Source: Escherichia phage megetsur
Sequence record: MN850608.1
Strand: one strand, 5' to 3'
DNA: 42,132 nt
Every line of letters begins with the position of its first letter. Position 1 is the stretch's first letter. Below, in pieces: positions 41,040-42,132 of the stretch. The translations under genes and the position numbers were made by a program. The notes under the pieces were generated by a model, which had not been told where the DNA came from, did not search any database, and saw only the letters and a program-made list of their open reading frames with translations.

Positions 41040-41463
41040 AGTTGAAAGGTTGCAAAACAACCTGCTCTGAGTGAACGTAAACAGGCCACGTAGTGTCTCG
41101 GCCTCATGGGTATCCGGCGCAGCTAGGAACTGGTGAGGGCACCGCCGAAAGGCAATAGGGGTAGCGCCCGGTGCGATGGGAACGGAGAAGCGCGATAGAC
41201 GCAGCGCAGTATCAGCACAATCCCGAACGTCTTATAAGGCGCGGAGTGAAGCGGGTAGGTAGGCAAGCTGGAAACGGTGAGCCGGACTGCTGGAGGACTC
41301 CTGAGAGTGGATGCAGACAATATCCACGGCGCGAAATGGGCGGGGCGATTTTTCAGGGTAGTGAATCCGACAAGCCAATCAATGCCAACGAGTGCAGACT
41401 GTACGGCGCGTCACAATGGGTTCACTATCCACCTGAAAATAGCCAACAACTGGAGAAATAACT
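41040..41463 (+). other. long purine-rich non-coding leader between the early promoters and the first early gene
   Basis: About 420 nt with no RBS-preceded ORF; G/A-rich on the + strand; small hairpin GGTTG-CAAAA-CAACC at 41043-41057. Confidence 0.5.
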
Positions 41464-41853
41464 ATGTACCGTATCTATGCAAGCGCATATCGTCCGAATA
41501 ACGCTGAATGTGTTAATCTGGCGCTTCATTGCAAGGCACTGCGAACGGTGCAGGATATGTTCGGAGTGATTCCGGTCACGCTGACAGGCAAGTTCGACAA
41601 TCAGTATGAGTTGAGCATGGTATTTCCTGTCGATGGAATCTACGAAATCAGGAAGGCGGTATCGCTTTTCTGTAAGGTTCTTGAACAGGACTGCATCATG
41701 GTAGTGACCAAAGATGATGATGCAATCTTCATGGATTCACCGTATCCGGGCAAGCCTGCTGGCAAGCTGGTCAGCAAAACAGGCGAGCAGATGGAAGCCG
41801 GGCAGCATACCGCTTGGACTTATGACGGTGAACTGTTTTGGGTAGTGGAGTAA
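41464..41853 (+). CDS. hypothetical early protein (129 aa), first gene after the promoter cluster
   Basis: ATG 41464 with GGAG 9 nt upstream. Confidence 0.55.
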   Translation: MYRIYASAYRPNNAECVNLALHCKALRTVQDMFGVIPVTLTGKFDNQYELSMVFPVDGIYEIRKAVSLFCKVLEQDCIMVVTKDDDAIFMDSPYPGKPAGKLVSKTGEQMEAGQHTAWTYDGELFWVVE

Positions 41854-42000
41854 GGGGAATGACTATGTTCACTGCACTGTGTGTTATAGCGGCGGCCTGC
41901 TGGGTCATTGACCAGCGCCTGAGCCGTCGCCGTGGCTGATAGCCTATAGCGTCTTGCGAGGCGCTATGTGAAATCAACCAACCTGACAAGGGGTAACATC

Positions 42001-42132
42001 ATGACTACTGCAATCAAATACACCAGCTTCAAAGACGCTGCCGCTCTGGACAAGGCTATTGAGTCTACCGTCAAGAAGGCGCACTCACTCCGTAACGAGA
42101 TTCAGAACGTTGCGGTCGGTATCATCCTGCAC
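42001..42132 (+). CDS. hypothetical early protein, 3'-truncated at the window edge
   Basis: ATG 42001 with AAGGGG upstream; frame open to the end of the window. Confidence 0.4.
   Translation, partial: MTTAIKYTSFKDAAALDKAIESTVKKAHSLRNEIQNVAVGIILH

Noticed and set aside
41171-41501. ORFs 41171-41461 and 41277-41501 in the leader
   Set aside because: No Shine-Dalgarno sequence, Arg/Gly-rich translation from purine-rich DNA, and overlap with the RBS of the real gene at 41464.
1-42132. CRISPR arrays, tRNA or rRNA genes, integrase or transposase
   Set aside because: No regularly spaced repeat-spacer array, no cloverleaf-like conserved tRNA stretch and no recombinase-like ORF were seen; this is consistent with a strictly lytic T7-like phage, though tRNAs cannot be excluded without a dedicated scan.

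Overview
The window reads as an almost complete genome of a T7-like podophage (Autographiviridae-type) with a phiKMV-like gene order, and all credible genes are on the + strand. The single-subunit RNA polymerase sits at the end of the DNA-metabolism block rather than in the early region. The window is circularly permuted relative to the genome map: it starts inside the early region (many small acidic ORFs, 21-4640), then runs through DNA metabolism (4.7-16.4 kb: primase-like, DnaB-like helicase, Pol-beta nucleotidyltransferase, family A DNA polymerase, T7 gp6-like 5'-3' exonuclease, endonuclease VII, metallophosphoesterase, HAD phosphatase), the T7-type RNAP (16396-18828), the structural module (portal, scaffold, capsid, tail tubular A/B, three internal virion proteins, tailspike), terminase small and large subunits, and a non-canonical lysis cluster ending with a GH108 endolysin (39406-39942). 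A roughly 1.5 kb non-coding junction follows (39.9-41.46 kb): a strand-skewed G/T-rich low-complexity tract, repeat elements, four tandem sigma70-type promoters and a long purine-rich leader, and then the first early genes. No rRNA, tRNA, CRISPR array, integrase or transposase was recognised. Function calls rest on motifs visible in the translations, gene order and size; no database search was run. The most interesting candidates are a CCA-adding-enzyme-like nucleotidyltransferase with neighbouring phosphoesterases, a tandem family of small acidic early proteins sharing a conserved upstream box, a 21-bp element present in inverted copies at both ends of the late module, and the unusual lysis cluster.
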